Shown piece by piece: positions 51,157 through 62,432 of a DNA stretch of 64,000 bases. The notes under the pieces are model-generated. The model did no database searches. It was not told where the DNA came from and saw only the letters and a list, made by a program, of their open reading frames with translations. Both the position numbers and the translations under genes were made by a program. Origin of the DNA: Dyella sp. (GTDB lineage Bacteria; Pseudomonadota; Gammaproteobacteria; Xanthomonadales; Rhodanobacteraceae); the NCBI GenBank assembly GCA_039594095.1, contig JBCNOA010000002.1, positions 5,253 to 69,252 of the forward strand, given 5' to 3'. How positions within the stretch are numbered: the stretch's first letter is position 1; the number at the start of each line of letters is the position of its first letter.

Positions 51157-51231
51157 GGGCGGTTAGCTCAGCGGTAGAGCACTTCCTTGACATGGAAGGG
51201 GTCACAAGTTCGATCCTTGTACCGCCCACCA
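51157..51231 (+). tRNA. tRNA-Val(GAC)
   Basis: GGGCGGT/ACCGCCC acceptor stem, CTTCC-TT-GAC-AT-GGAAG anticodon arm and CCA. Confidence 0.97.
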
Positions 51232-51240
51232 TTTAACGTT

Positions 51241-51275
51241 AAAAAACGGCGCGATCGGAAGGTCGCGCCGTTTTT
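51241..51275 (+). terminator. Terminator after tRNA-Val
   Basis: AAAAACGGCGCGATC-ggaa-GGTCGCGCCGTTTTT. Confidence 0.85.
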
Positions 51276-51298
51276 GCGTCTGGAGCCTGGAGTCCGTG

Positions 51299-51745
51299 AT
51301 GGCTTATATGTGGGTCAAGAGTTTGCACCTGCTGTTCGTGATGGCCTGGGTGGCGTCCGTCTTCTACCTGCCTCGCATTCTGGTGAACATCGCCGAGGCC
51401 GGGAACGAGCCGGCAACGCGGGCGCGTTTGGAGTTGATGGGGCTCCGGCTATATCGCTTCGGCCACCACATGTTCGGACTGGCTTTCCTGTTCGGACTGA
51501 CGCTATGGCAGGGCTGGCGAGTGTTCCCGGGGCGGTTGCCAAATTTCGGCGAGGCCGGCTGGCTGCATGCCAAGCTCGCACTCGTGGTGATGCTCCTGGT
51601 CTATTACATCTGGAGCGGACGGATGGTGAAGCGCAGCGCGAGGGGCGGCACGCTGCCGAGCGCGCGGACCTTGCGCATCATGAACGAGCTGCCGGTGTTC
51701 GTGTTGCTGGGGATCATTTTTCTGGTGATCGCCAAGCCGTTCTGA
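51299..51745 (+). CDS. hemJ: HemJ-like (UPF0093) protoporphyrinogen oxidase
   Basis: WVKSLHL...W...FYLPRI, WLHAKL, NELP and C-terminal KPF. Confidence 0.8.
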   Translation: MAYMWVKSLHLLFVMAWVASVFYLPRILVNIAEAGNEPATRARLELMGLRLYRFGHHMFGLAFLFGLTLWQGWRVFPGRLPNFGEAGWLHAKLALVVMLLVYYIWSGRMVKRSARGGTLPSARTLRIMNELPVFVLLGIIFLVIAKPF

Positions 51746-51784
51746 TACTTGCGCCGGATGTGGCTCAGGCGGCATCCGGCAAGG

Positions 51785-52795
51785 TCAGGCGAGTCCGTGG
51801 TACTCGCGGTACCAGGTCACGAAACGTTTGACGCCCTCCTCGATGGAGGTATTTGGCGCATAACCCACGTCTCGCCTTAGCGCGGAAACGTCGGCCCAGG
51901 TGTCCGGCACGTCGCCGGGCTGCATCGGCAGCAGGCGTTTCTCGACGGTGCGGCCGAGGTTTTGCTCCATCAGCTCGATGAAGCGCAGCAACTGCACGGG
52001 CTGGTCGTTACCTATGTTGTAAACGCGGTAAGGCGCCTGTGAAGTGCCTGGGTTCGGTCGCAGCGGATCGTAAGCCGGATCAGGTCGTGCGACGTGATCC
52101 AGCGTACGGATCACGCCTTCCACGATGTCGTCGATGTAGGTGAAGTCGCGGCTGTGGTTGCCGAAATTGAATACGTCGATCGGCTCGCCACGACTGATGC
52201 GGTCGGCGAACAACATGGGCGACATATCGGGCCGGCCCCAGGGTCCATAGACGGTAAAAAAGCGCAGGCCGGTGGTCGGCAGGTCGAACAGATGGCTGTA
52301 GGTGTGAGCCATCAGCTCATTGGCTTTCTTGCTGGCGGCGTAAAGGCTGACCGGATGGTCGACGGGATCTTCGACGGCGAAGGGCAGCTTTCTGTTGGCG
52401 CCGTAGACCGAGCTGGAGGAGGCATAGACCAAATGCTCCACGCGGTGGTGGCGGCAGGCCTCCAGGATGTGGGTGAAGCCGACCAGGTTGCTTTGGACGT
52501 AGGCATCAGGGTTCTTCAACGAGTAGCGCACGCCCGCCTGGGCGGCCAGATTGACGACGCGCTGCGGCTGGAATGTGTCGAAAGCCCGATTCACCGCAAC
52601 GGCGTCCGCCAGATCGGCCCGCAGGTGGGTGTAGCCGGGGCGGGCATGGAAGCGGGCGAGCCTCGCCTCCTTCAGAGACGGGTCGTAATAGTCGTTGTGA
52701 TTGTCGATGCCATAAACCTCGTCGCCGCGGGAGAGGAGACGTTCTGCCAGGGCGGAGCCCACGAAGCCGGCGGTTCCGGTAACCAGGATGCGCAT
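51785..52795 (-). CDS. NAD-dependent epimerase (UDP-glucuronate 4-epimerase type)
   Basis: GTAGFVG, LAAQAGVRYS, YAASKKANE and GPWGRPDM. Confidence 0.9.
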   Translation of the reverse strand: MRILVTGTAGFVGSALAERLLSRGDEVYGIDNHNDYYDPSLKEARLARFHARPGYTHLRADLADAVAVNRAFDTFQPQRVVNLAAQAGVRYSLKNPDAYVQSNLVGFTHILEACRHHRVEHLVYASSSSVYGANRKLPFAVEDPVDHPVSLYAASKKANELMAHTYSHLFDLPTTGLRFFTVYGPWGRPDMSPMLFADRISRGEPIDVFNFGNHSRDFTYIDDIVEGVIRTLDHVARPDPAYDPLRPNPGTSQAPYRVYNIGNDQPVQLLRFIELMEQNLGRTVEKRLLPMQPGDVPDTWADVSALRRDVGYAPNTSIEEGVKRFVTWYREYHGLA

Positions 52796-52865
52796 GGGGT
52801 TGGAGATCTCAGGGAGAGCGAATGGCCGAAATTCTATCGGGTGCCGTGTTGCTCGGGTCTCCGAA

Positions 52866-52894
52866 TTGACAGCGGATCGGCGCTAAACTAGCGT
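52866..52894 (+). promoter_or_regulatory. Sigma-70 promoter upstream of the thrS leader
   Basis: TTGACA-N17-TAGCGT. Confidence 0.6.
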
Positions 52895-53131
52895 TTCGCA
52901 TCCTTAGGAAACCGGAGAGAAGGTGGCTGGCGCGTAAGTGCCCGTCGAGCGTGCGACATGACAACTATCAAGCGCCAACGCTGATTCCCGCCACGCCTTG
53001 CCTACTCCGCAAAGGGCGCCTGGCGCTCTTTATTTTTGCCTACCGTCCGGGCAGGCGATACGAAGTCTGCCCAGCGGCAGGCCTCCCCAGAAAAAGCAGG
53101 TCCGCGACCCGGTCCCGCAACAGGTGTTCCC

Positions 53132-55033
53132 ATGATCGAAATCACTCTCCCCGACGGTAGCAAGCGCCCCTTCGACCATTCCGTCACGGTGCAGGACGTG
53201 GCCGCCTCCATCGGCGCCGGTCTGGCCAAGGCCACCCTGGCCGGCAAGGTGGACGGCAAGCTGGTGGATGCCAGCTATGAAATCGACCGTAACGCCAGCC
53301 TGGAAATCGTTACGGAAAAGAGTCCCGAGGCGTTGGACATCCTGCGCCACTCCACGGCGCACCTGCTGGCGCAGGCAGTGCAGCGGCTGTATCCGGGGGC
53401 GCAGGTGACGATCGGTCCAGTGATCGACAACGGCTTCTATTACGACTTCGCTTACGAGCGCCCGTTCACGCCGGACGACCTGGCGAAGATCGAAGCGGAG
53501 ATGCACAAGATCGCGGCGGAGGCGCTGCCGGTGACGCGCAGCGTCAAGAGCCGCGACGAGGCCGTCTCGTTCTTCCGCGGCATTGGCGAGGAGTACAAGG
53601 CGGAAATCATCGAAAGCATTCCTTCGAATGAGGAGCTTTCGCTGTATACGCAAGGAGAGTTCACCGACCTGTGTCGCGGTCCGCACGTGCCCAACACGGG
53701 CAAGTTGCGCGCGTTCAAGCTGATGAAGGTAGCCGGTGCCTATTGGCGCGGCGATTCCAACAACGCGATGCTGACGCGCGTGTACGGCACGGCATGGCTC
53801 AACGACAAAGACCTCAAGGCCTATCTGCATCAGCTGGAAGAGGCCGAGAAGCGCGATCACCGCAAGATCGGCAAGGCGCTGGATCTCTTTCATCAGCAGG
53901 AAGAGGCGCCAGGCATGGTGTTCTGGCATCCCAACGGCTGGGCCATCTGGCAGGCTGTGGAGCAGTACGTGCGCGGCGTGTACCGCAAAAGCGGCTACCA
54001 GGAAGTGCGCGGTCCCCAGATCATGGACGTCAGCCTTTGGAAGAAATCCGGCCACTGGGACAACTATCAGGAGAACATGTTCTTCACCGAGTCGGAGAAG
54101 CGCACGTATGCCCTGAAGCCGATGAACTGCCCGGGCCATGTGCAGATCTTCAATACCAGCCTGCACAGCTATCGCGACCTGCCGGTGCGCTACGGCGAAT
54201 TCGGCGGATGCCACCGCAACGAGCCTTCCGGCGCCCTGCACGGGATCATGCGCGTGCGCGCCTTCACGCAGGACGACGGTCACATCTTTTGCACGGAAGA
54301 GCAGATTGAATCCGAAGTCACGGCCTTCCATCAGCAGGCGATGAAGGTGTATGGGGACTTCGGCTTTGAGGACATCGCGCTCAAGATCGCCCTGCGCCCG
54401 GACAAGCGCATCGGCAGCGACGCCGTATGGGATCGCGCGGAGGACGCACTGCGCGCCGCGCTGCGTTCGGCCGGCGTGCAGTGGGAGGAGCTGCCCGGCG
54501 AGGGCGCCTTCTATGGCCCCAAGATCGAGTACCACATGCGGGATTCGATCGGCCGCGGCTGGCAGGTCGGCACCATGCAGGTGGATTTCATGATGCCCGA
54601 GCGCCTGGGTGCCGAGTACGTCGACGAGCACAGCCAGCGCCGCCATCCGGTGATGCTGCACCGGGCCATCGTGGGCTCGATGGAGCGCTTCATCGGCATC
54701 CTGATCGAGCACCACGCCGGTAACCTGCCGGCCTGGCTGGCCCCGGTCCAGGCCCAGGTGTTCAGCATCACGGACGCCCAGGCCGACTACGTCCGCGAGG
54801 TGACGCAAGCCCTTGTCGATAAAGGTTTCCGGGTCAAGGCGGATTTGCGCAACGAAAAGGTCGGTTATAAAATCCGCGAGCATACGTTGCAGAAGGTCCC
54901 GTACCTGCTCGTGGTCGGCGACCGTGAGAAGGAAGCAGGGGCCGTTTCCGTCCGTACGCGTTCTGGTGAAGACCTGGGCAGCATGCCGCTGGCCGCCTTC
55001 ATCGAGCGCCTGGAGGCCGAGGCGCGGCGCTGA
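53132..55033 (+). CDS. thrS: Threonine--tRNA ligase
   Basis: ITLPDGS TGS domain, [15 protein letters not shown] and FYGPKI. Confidence 0.98.
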   Translation: MIEITLPDGSKRPFDHSVTVQDVAASIGAGLAKATLAGKVDGKLVDASYEIDRNASLEIVTEKSPEALDILRHSTAHLLAQAVQRLYPGAQVTIGPVIDNGFYYDFAYERPFTPDDLAKIEAEMHKIAAEALPVTRSVKSRDEAVSFFRGIGEEYKAEIIESIPSNEELSLYTQGEFTDLCRGPHVPNTGKLRAFKLMKVAGAYWRGDSNNAMLTRVYGTAWLNDKDLKAYLHQLEEAEKRDHRKIGKALDLFHQQEEAPGMVFWHPNGWAIWQAVEQYVRGVYRKSGYQEVRGPQIMDVSLWKKSGHWDNYQENMFFTESEKRTYALKPMNCPGHVQIFNTSLHSYRDLPVRYGEFGGCHRNEPSGALHGIMRVRAFTQDDGHIFCTEEQIESEVTAFHQQAMKVYGDFGFEDIALKIALRPDKRIGSDAVWDRAEDALRAALRSAGVQWEELPGEGAFYGPKIEYHMRDSIGRGWQVGTMQVDFMMPERLGAEYVDEHSQRRHPVMLHRAIVGSMERFIGILIEHHAGNLPAWLAPVQAQVFSITDAQADYVREVTQALVDKGFRVKADLRNEKVGYKIREHTLQKVPYLLVVGDREKEAGAVSVRTRSGEDLGSMPLAAFIERLEAEARR

Positions 55034-55078
55034 CCGCCCGCCCGGCCAACTTCGTCAATTCTTCTGGAGGATAGTGGT

Positions 55079-55603
55079 ATCGCTACCACCGACAACAAGG
55101 GCAACCGCCGTAACCTCGAGATCCGCGTCCCGCGCGTACGCGTGATTGGTGCGGATTCGGAGCAGCTGGGCATCCTCACTCGCGACGAGGCCCTGCGCCT
55201 GGCCGAGGAGGCCGGGATGGATCTGGTCGAGATCCAGCCGAACGGCGACCCGCCGGTCTGCCGCATCATGGATTACGGCAAGTTCAAGTTCGAAGCTCAG
55301 AAGAAGGCCCAGGCGGCCAAGAAGAAGCAGAAGCAGGTCGAGATCAAGGAAGTGAAGTTCCGTCCTGTCACGGACGTGGGCGACTACCAGATCAAGCTGC
55401 GCAACATGCTTCGCTTCCTCGAGGAAGGGGACAAGGTCAAAGTGACCATCCGCTTCCGCGGCCGCGAGATGTCGCACCAGGACCTGGGCCAGAATCTGGC
55501 CAAGAAGATCCAGGAAGACGTCGGCGAGAACGGCGTGGTGGAGTCCTTCCCTCGTCTGGAAGGCCGCCAGATGGTCATGATGATCGGTCCGAAGAAGAAA
55601 TAA
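55079..55603 (+). CDS. infC: Translation initiation factor IF-3, non-canonical ATC start
   Basis: GGAGG then in-frame ATC GCT ACC...; [11 protein letters not shown] and [10 protein letters not shown]. Confidence 0.95.
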   Translation: MATTDNKGNRRNLEIRVPRVRVIGADSEQLGILTRDEALRLAEEAGMDLVEIQPNGDPPVCRIMDYGKFKFEAQKKAQAAKKKQKQVEIKEVKFRPVTDVGDYQIKLRNMLRFLEEGDKVKVTIRFRGREMSHQDLGQNLAKKIQEDVGENGVVESFPRLEGRQMVMMIGPKKK

Positions 55604-55621
55604 GGCCGGATACCGGCTTCG

Positions 55622-55654
55622 AAACGGCGGCCCCCAAGGCCGCCGTTTTGTTTT
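55622..55654 (+). terminator. Intrinsic terminator after infC
   Basis: AAACGGCGGCC-cccaa-GGCCGCCGTTTTGTTTT. Confidence 0.8.
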
Positions 55655-55712
55655 CTCCCCGCCAGTCCGTGGGGGGGGGGGGCTCCCGGGTAGTCAAGCC
55701 CTGCTGCACCAC

Positions 55713-55741
55713 TGGCAAAGTCGCTCCAGTCCCCGTACAAT
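55713..55741 (+). promoter_or_regulatory. Sigma-70 promoter of rpmI-rplT
   Basis: TGGCAA-N17-TACAAT. Confidence 0.6.
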
Positions 55742-55848
55742 CGCCGGTTCGACCCGCCAGGAAGGGTCGTGAACCGATCGTGGCAGGACGGAAAGCGCGG
55801 CCCAGGCCGCCGCCAGATCAGTCAGAAACCGAGATACGGAGCATTTCC

Positions 55849-56046
55849 ATGCCCAAGATCAAGACCAACCGGGCGGCGGCGAAGCGTTTTCGCAAGACCG
55901 CTTCCGGCAAGTTCAAGGCCGGTCACGCCTTCAAGTCGCACATCCTGACCAAGAAGTCGACCAAGCGTAAGCGCAATCTGCGCGCCACCAACCACGTCAA
56001 GGCCTGCGACACCAAGGGCGTCGCTCGCATGTTGCCGTACGCCTAA
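55849..56046 (+). CDS. rpmI: 50S ribosomal protein L35
   Basis: [14 protein letters not shown]...HILTKKS. Confidence 0.97.
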   Translation: MPKIKTNRAAAKRFRKTASGKFKAGHAFKSHILTKKSTKRKRNLRATNHVKACDTKGVARMLPYA

Positions 56047-56062
56047 GGCGGAGGACTGAACC

Positions 56063-56422
56063 ATGGCTCGTGTTAAGCGTGGCGTTACCGCCCGTCGTCG
56101 TCACAAGAAGATCATCGGCCGCGCGAAGGGCTACTACAACGCCCGTCGCAAAGTCTTCCGCGTAGCTAACCAGGCCGTCATCAAGGCCGGCCAGTACGCC
56201 TACATCGGTCGCAAGCAGAAGAAGCGTCAGTTCCGCGCCCTGTGGATCGTGCGTATCAATGCTGCCGCCCGTCAGTTCGGCCTGTCGTACAGCCGCCTGA
56301 TCAATGGCCTGACCAAGGCCGGCATCACGGTCGACCGCAAGGTGCTGGCCGACATCGCCGTGCACGACATCAAGGCTTTTGGCGCCATCGCGGAAAAGGC
56401 GAAGGCCAGTCTGGCCGCTTGA
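56063..56422 (+). CDS. rplT: 50S ribosomal protein L20
   Basis: [16 protein letters not shown]...[12 protein letters not shown]. Confidence 0.98.
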   Translation: MARVKRGVTARRRHKKIIGRAKGYYNARRKVFRVANQAVIKAGQYAYIGRKQKKRQFRALWIVRINAAARQFGLSYSRLINGLTKAGITVDRKVLADIAVHDIKAFGAIAEKAKASLAA

Positions 56423-56464
56423 TCGTCCGGCGCTCTGCGCACTGACGATATGATGTGAATCAAG

Positions 56465-57617
<1,153 letters not shown>

Positions 57618-57696
57618 TGCAGGTCGAGCATCGGGCAGGAAGGTGACGTTGCGCCTCCTGCCGGCCAAGCCCTGTCCCGTGCGCCGCATGTCCTGC

Positions 57697-57731
57697 GACT
57701 CCCGAATCCCCATTCCCTATTCCCGGATCCC
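57697..57731 (-). repeat. Degenerate heptamer (GGGAATC-like) tandem repeat, five G-tracts
   Basis: Minus strand reads GGGATCC GGGAATA GGGAATG GGGATTC GGGAGTC. Confidence 0.75.
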
Positions 57732-57734
57732 ATC

Positions 57735-60113
57735 ATGAAATTCTCCGAGAACTGGCTGCGCGAACTCGTCGATATTCGAGCGGACCGCGCCGCCCTGGCC
57801 CATGCGCTGACCATGGCGGGGCTGGAGGTGGAAGAACTGACCCCGCTGGGCGAACACCTCGCCGGCGTCGTGGTGGCCGAAATCGTCGGCGCCGAGAAAC
57901 ATCCGGAAGCCGATCGTCTTCAGGTCTGCCGCGTGGACGCGGGGCAGGGCGAGCCGCTGCAGATCGTCTGCGGCGCGCCGAACGCACGCGTGGGCATCAA
58001 GGTGCCGCTCGCTACGGTGGGCGCCGAGCTTCCTGGCGGCATCAAGATCAAAGCCGCAAAGCTGCGTGGCGTGGAATCCTCCGGCATGCTGTGCTCGGCC
58101 AAGGAGCTGGGAATCGATGCGGACGCTTCCGGTCTGCTCGAGCTGCCGGCGGACGCGCCGGTGGGACAGTCGCTCGCTGGCTACCTCGGTCTGCCCGATG
58201 CCAGCATCGAGCTGAAGCTCACGCCGAATCGGCCCGATTGCCTTGGCCTGCTCGGTCTGGCGCACGACGTCGCCGCGCTGTTCGGCAGCAGCGTACGCGT
58301 GCCTGCGCAGGCGGAAGCGCCTGTCACCGGCGCGGCCCGGCGTGGCATCAGGCTGGAGGCCGGGGCGGATGCTCCACGCTATCTCGGCCGCATCATCGAG
58401 GGCATCGACGCGCGCGCCCGCACGCCGTTGTGGATGGCCGAACGCCTGCGCCGGGCCGGCTTGCGTCCGATCAGCGCGATCGTCGACGTCACCAACTACG
58501 TGATGCTCGAGCTGGGGCAGCCTCTGCACGCCTTCGATAACGCCAAGCTGGAGGGCGACATCATCGTGCGCCATGCCCGCGAGGGCGAGGCACTGAAGCT
58601 GCTGGACGGGTCCGAGGCGAAGCTCGATCCAGGTTTCGTGCTGATCGCCGACGAACGGAAGGCGCTGGCCGTGGCGGGCGTCATGGGCGGGTTCGATTCG
58701 CGCGTCACCGACGATACCCAAGACATCTTCCTGGAGTCCGCGCACTTCGCCCCGGCGGCGATCATGGGACGCGCGCGCAAACTCGGCATGCACACCGACG
58801 CGTCGCACCGCTTCGAGCGGGGCGTCGATCCGGAGCTGCCGCACCGGGCGCTGGAGCGGGCCACGGAGCTGCTGCTGTCGATCGCCGGCGGCAGAGCCGG
58901 TCCAGTGCTTGTCGCGGAAAACCTCGACGACTTGCCCAAGCCGGTACCGGTCGTGCTGCGTCGAGCGCGCCTGAAGCGGGTGCTCGGACTCGAAGTCGCG
59001 GACGCGGAAGTGGCGCGCATCTTCAACGCGCTAGGCATGCATGTCGAGTCGATCGCCGATGGCTGGCGCATCACCGCGCCCACCAGTCGCTTCGATATCG
59101 AGCGCGAAGAAGACCTCGTCGAAGAGGTCGCCCGAATCTACGGCTACGACCATGTGCCCACACATACGCCCGCCGGTGCGCTGCGCCTGGCCACCGAACC
59201 GGAGGCGCGTATTGCCGAACTGGCTTTGCGGGAGCAGCTCGCCTCGCGCGGCTATTACGAAGCGGTGAACCTCTCGTTCCTTTCGGCCGAGTTGCTGGCG
59301 CGCTGGGGCTTCGTGGCCGATCTGGTGCCACTGGCCAACCCGTTGTCGGCCGATCTGGCCGTGATGCGGCCTTCGCTGCTGCCCGGCCTGGTCGAGGCGC
59401 TGCGTCACAACCGGGCGCGCCAGCAAGAGCGCGTGCGCTTGTTCGAAGTGGCTCGTACCTTTGCCGCCGGCAATCCGCCCGTGGAAACCCCTAGCCTCGC
59501 GATCGCCGCCTGCGGCGCGGCGCGAGCGGAACAATGGGGCGAGCCCGTCCGTCCGCTGGATTTCTATGATCTGAAGGGCGATCTGGACGCCGTGATTGCC
59601 TGGGGCGGAGAGCCGCAGCGCTGGTCGGTGCATGCCGATGGTCTGCCGGCGTGGCTGCATCCTGGCCGTGGCGCCCGGGTGGCCAGGGACGGCCAGACCG
59701 TGGGTTATCTCGGCGCCCTGCATCCTCAGCTCGCCAAGGCCCTGGACCTGGGGCCGGATGTGCATGTGCTCGAGCTGGCTCTGGAGCCGCTCCTGGCCCG
59801 CCGGTTGCCGAAGGCCGTGCCGGTGCCGCGCTTCCCCTCGGTGCGTCGCGACATCGCCGTAGACCTGCCCGAAGAGGTGACCTGGGCGCAGGCCGAACGG
59901 TGCGTCCGCGAGACTCTCGGGGGGCTGCTGAAAGAGCTCCGGCTGTTCGATCGCTATAGCGGAAAGGGCGTCGAGACTGGCCGAAAGAGTCTCGCTATGG
60001 GCTTGATTTTGCAGGACGCTTCACGCACGCTTACCGACGACGACGCGGATCGCTGCGTGCGAGAGGCAGTCACTGCGTTGGAGACTTCATGCAAGGCAAG
60101 ATTGCGAGGATGA
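57735..60113 (+). CDS. pheT: Phenylalanine--tRNA ligase beta subunit
   Basis: [23 protein letters not shown] and RFERGVD. Confidence 0.97.
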   Translation: MKFSENWLRELVDIRADRAALAHALTMAGLEVEELTPLGEHLAGVVVAEIVGAEKHPEADRLQVCRVDAGQGEPLQIVCGAPNARVGIKVPLATVGAELPGGIKIKAAKLRGVESSGMLCSAKELGIDADASGLLELPADAPVGQSLAGYLGLPDASIELKLTPNRPDCLGLLGLAHDVAALFGSSVRVPAQAEAPVTGAARRGIRLEAGADAPRYLGRIIEGIDARARTPLWMAERLRRAGLRPISAIVDVTNYVMLELGQPLHAFDNAKLEGDIIVRHAREGEALKLLDGSEAKLDPGFVLIADERKALAVAGVMGGFDSRVTDDTQDIFLESAHFAPAAIMGRARKLGMHTDASHRFERGVDPELPHRALERATELLLSIAGGRAGPVLVAENLDDLPKPVPVVLRRARLKRVLGLEVADAEVARIFNALGMHVESIADGWRITAPTSRFDIEREEDLVEEVARIYGYDHVPTHTPAGALRLATEPEARIAELALREQLASRGYYEAVNLSFLSAELLARWGFVADLVPLANPLSADLAVMRPSLLPGLVEALRHNRARQQERVRLFEVARTFAAGNPPVETPSLAIAACGAARAEQWGEPVRPLDFYDLKGDLDAVIAWGGEPQRWSVHADGLPAWLHPGRGARVARDGQTVGYLGALHPQLAKALDLGPDVHVLELALEPLLARRLPKAVPVPRFPSVRRDIAVDLPEEVTWAQAERCVRETLGGLLKELRLFDRYSGKGVETGRKSLAMGLILQDASRTLTDDDADRCVREAVTALETSCKARLRG

Positions 60114-60114
60114 C

Positions 60115-60414
60115 ATGGCGCTGACCAAGGCGGAGATGGCCGAGCGCCTCTTTCTCGAGGTAGGCCTCAATAAGCGCGAGGCAAAAGAATTCGTGGACGC
60201 CTACTTCGAGGTCGTTCGCGAGGCGTTGGAAAAGGGCGAGCAGGTGAAGCTTTCGGGCTTCGGCAACTTCGACCTGCGTCAGAAGAACCAGCGCCCGGGA
60301 CGCAACCCGAAGACCGGCGAGGAGATCCCGATCTCCGCCCGTCGCGTGGTCACGTTCCGTCCAGGGCAGAAACTCAAGGTGAGAGTGGAGAGCTATGCTG
60401 GACCAAGGGAATAA
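60115..60414 (+). CDS. ihfA: Integration host factor alpha
   Basis: MALTKAE, LSGFGNF and GRNPKTGE. Confidence 0.97.
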   Translation: MALTKAEMAERLFLEVGLNKREAKEFVDAYFEVVREALEKGEQVKLSGFGNFDLRQKNQRPGRNPKTGEEIPISARRVVTFRPGQKLKVRVESYAGPRE

Positions 60415-60751
60415 CACCGAGCTCCCGGCCATTCCGGCCAAGCGCTACTTCACCATCGGTGAGGTCAGCGAGCTGTGCGGCGTGAAACCTCATGTGCTGC
60501 GCTATTGGGAGCAGGAGTTTCCCGCACTCAATCCGGTCAAGCGTCGGGGCAATCGCCGCTATTACCAGCGCCACGATGTATTGATGATCCGGCAGATCCG
60601 TGCGCTCCTGTACGACGAAGGCTTCACCATCACCGGCGCGCGCGCGCGGCTGGAAGGCCCGCAGGCGCGGATGGAGTCGAGCATTTCCCACCAGATCGTG
60701 CGCCAGGTGCGCATGGAGCTGGAAGAAGTCCTGAGCCTGCTGCGCCGTTGA
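60395..60751 (+). CDS. MerR-family regulator conserved after ihfA
   Basis: [10 protein letters not shown]...[10 protein letters not shown] and GNRRYY. Confidence 0.9.
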   Translation: MLDQGNNTELPAIPAKRYFTIGEVSELCGVKPHVLRYWEQEFPALNPVKRRGNRRYYQRHDVLMIRQIRALLYDEGFTITGARARLEGPQARMESSISHQIVRQVRMELEEVLSLLRR

Positions 60752-60831
60752 GGATGCGGCCCCCTCTTTCGCGGGGGCTGCTCTTTTGAAAGCGGGACCT
60801 AGCTGCTAGACTTGTCCACTTGCCGTAGCGT

Positions 60832-60908
60832 CGGGGCGTAGCGCAGCCTGGTAGCGCATTTGCCTGGGGGGCAAAGGGTCGTCGGTTCGAATCCGGCCGC
60901 CCCGACCA
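60832..60908 (+). tRNA. tRNA-Pro(GGG)
   Basis: CGGGGCG/CGCCCCG acceptor stem, TTTGC-CT-GGG-GG-GCAAA anticodon arm and CCA. Confidence 0.97.
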
Positions 60909-60924
60909 ATTCGGTGATGTTTTC

Positions 60925-60954
60925 GAAAGGCGCCCTCGTGGCGCCTTTCTTTTT
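60925..60954. terminator. Terminator after tRNA-Pro
   Basis: GAAAGGCGCC-ctcgt-GGCGCCTTTCTTTT. Confidence 0.8.
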
Positions 60955-60962
60955 GCGTGACG

Positions 60963-61271
60963 CTAGACGTAGCGCGGGATCGGGCCCGGGTGGCGCGTCT
61001 TGCGGTCAGAAAGATCGAACGATACCTCGTCCACGTAGCACCAGCCCCAGCCTTCGGGCGGATCGTAGCCTTCGATGATGGGGTGTCCGGTCGCGTGGAA
61101 ATGCGCGGTGGCGTGCTTGCCGGGCGAGCTGTCGCAACAGCCCACATGGCCGCAGCTGCGGCAGATCCGCAGATGCACCCAGGGGCTGCCGGTCTTCAGG
61201 CATTCCTCGCAACCGGCCGCGCTCGGCGTGACCTCGCGTATGCCGCCGAGATGGCTGCAGGTAGCGTTCAT
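60963..61271 (-). CDS. Stand-alone UBP-type zinc finger protein
   Basis: CSH...GCEEC...WVHLRICRSCGHVGCCDSS..KHATAHF...GHP...WGWCYVD. Confidence 0.85.
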   Translation of the reverse strand: MNATCSHLGGIREVTPSAAGCEECLKTGSPWVHLRICRSCGHVGCCDSSPGKHATAHFHATGHPIIEGYDPPEGWGWCYVDEVSFDLSDRKTRHPGPIPRYV

Positions 61272-61312
61272 CGCTTGCTCTCCTTCGTTCCGCTGGCCAT
61301 GGCATCGACCAC

Positions 61313-62323
61313 TCAGGTCGTGACTTTCAGGACGATCTTGCCCACATGTTCGCCGCTTTCCATCAGGCGATGCGCGTCCGCCGCGCGCGAGAGCGGGAAT
61401 ACTTCGTGGATGATGGGCAGGCAGCGGCCCGCGGCCAGCACCGGCCAGACATGGGCGAGCAGGTCGTTGGCGATCTCCGCCTTCTCCGCGGGGCTGCGCG
61501 CACGCATGGTGGAGCCGGTCACGGTGGCGCGCTTGAGCGCCAGCGCTTGCAGGTCCACCTCGTCGGCACGCGTCCCGCCCAGGAAACCGATGACGACCAG
61601 GCGGCCATCGCGCGCCAGGGCCGCAAGGTTCCGTTCGAAGTACGAGCCGCCCATGATGTCCAGGATCACGTCGACGCCATGCCCCTCGGTCTTGCCTAGG
61701 ATGGCCAGCGCGAAGTTCTCCTTGTGGTAGTTGATCGCTTCCGCGCCGAGGTGGCGCACCACCGCGCACTTGTGCTCACTGCCCGCGGTCGCGAACGCCG
61801 CGATGCCGAACTCGCGGCAAAGCATGAGTGCGGTCGTGCCGATGCCGCTGGTTCCCCCGTGGATGAGCGCGCGCTCGCCAGGCTTGACGCGCCCGATGCG
61901 GAACAGGTTGGCCCATACGGTGAAGAAGGTCTCTGGGATCGCCGCGGCACGGATGGCGTCCACTCCGTCGGGAATCGGCAGCGCCTGGCCCGCCGGCAGG
62001 ACGCAATACTCTGCATACCCGCCGCCATTGGTCAGGCCGCATACGCGATCGCCGAGCGCGAATCCCTGCGCGTCGCTTCCCAGCGCGACGACCTCGCCGG
62101 CGATCTCGAGACCCGGCGTGGGGTGCGCACCGGGCGGCATGGGGTAGTGGCCCTGCCGCTGGATGACATCGGGCCGGTTCACTCCGGCCGCTTCCACTTT
62201 CACCAACAGCTCGTCCCGGGCGGGAACGGGCAGCGGCACGGTGCGTGGCAGCAACACCTCGGGGGGACCGGGCGTGGTGATCCCGATCTCGATCATGCGG
62301 TCCGGCAGGGCAGGTTTGCTCAT
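61313..62323 (-). CDS. NAD(P)H-quinone oxidoreductase, PIG3 family
   Basis: AGVNRPD..QRQG.YP, HGGTSGIGT and HVGKIVL. Confidence 0.9.
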   Translation of the reverse strand: MSKPALPDRMIEIGITTPGPPEVLLPRTVPLPVPARDELLVKVEAAGVNRPDVIQRQGHYPMPPGAHPTPGLEIAGEVVALGSDAQGFALGDRVCGLTNGGGYAEYCVLPAGQALPIPDGVDAIRAAAIPETFFTVWANLFRIGRVKPGERALIHGGTSGIGTTALMLCREFGIAAFATAGSEHKCAVVRHLGAEAINYHKENFALAILGKTEGHGVDVILDIMGGSYFERNLAALARDGRLVVIGFLGGTRADEVDLQALALKRATVTGSTMRARSPAEKAEIANDLLAHVWPVLAAGRCLPIIHEVFPLSRAADAHRLMESGEHVGKIVLKVTT

Positions 62324-62432
62324 GGCGCGCACTAGGCGTCAGCATCGGAGAGTTGCCGATCCACGATTACTCGGCACCGGTGAAGGGCATGTATCGGCGG
62401 GCACCCGGGCGGCGCCCGCCGTCAGCTTCGCT

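Noticed and set aside
52900-53040. 6S RNA or T-box in the thrS leader
   Set aside because: Too short for a 6S rod, and no T-box consensus recognised.
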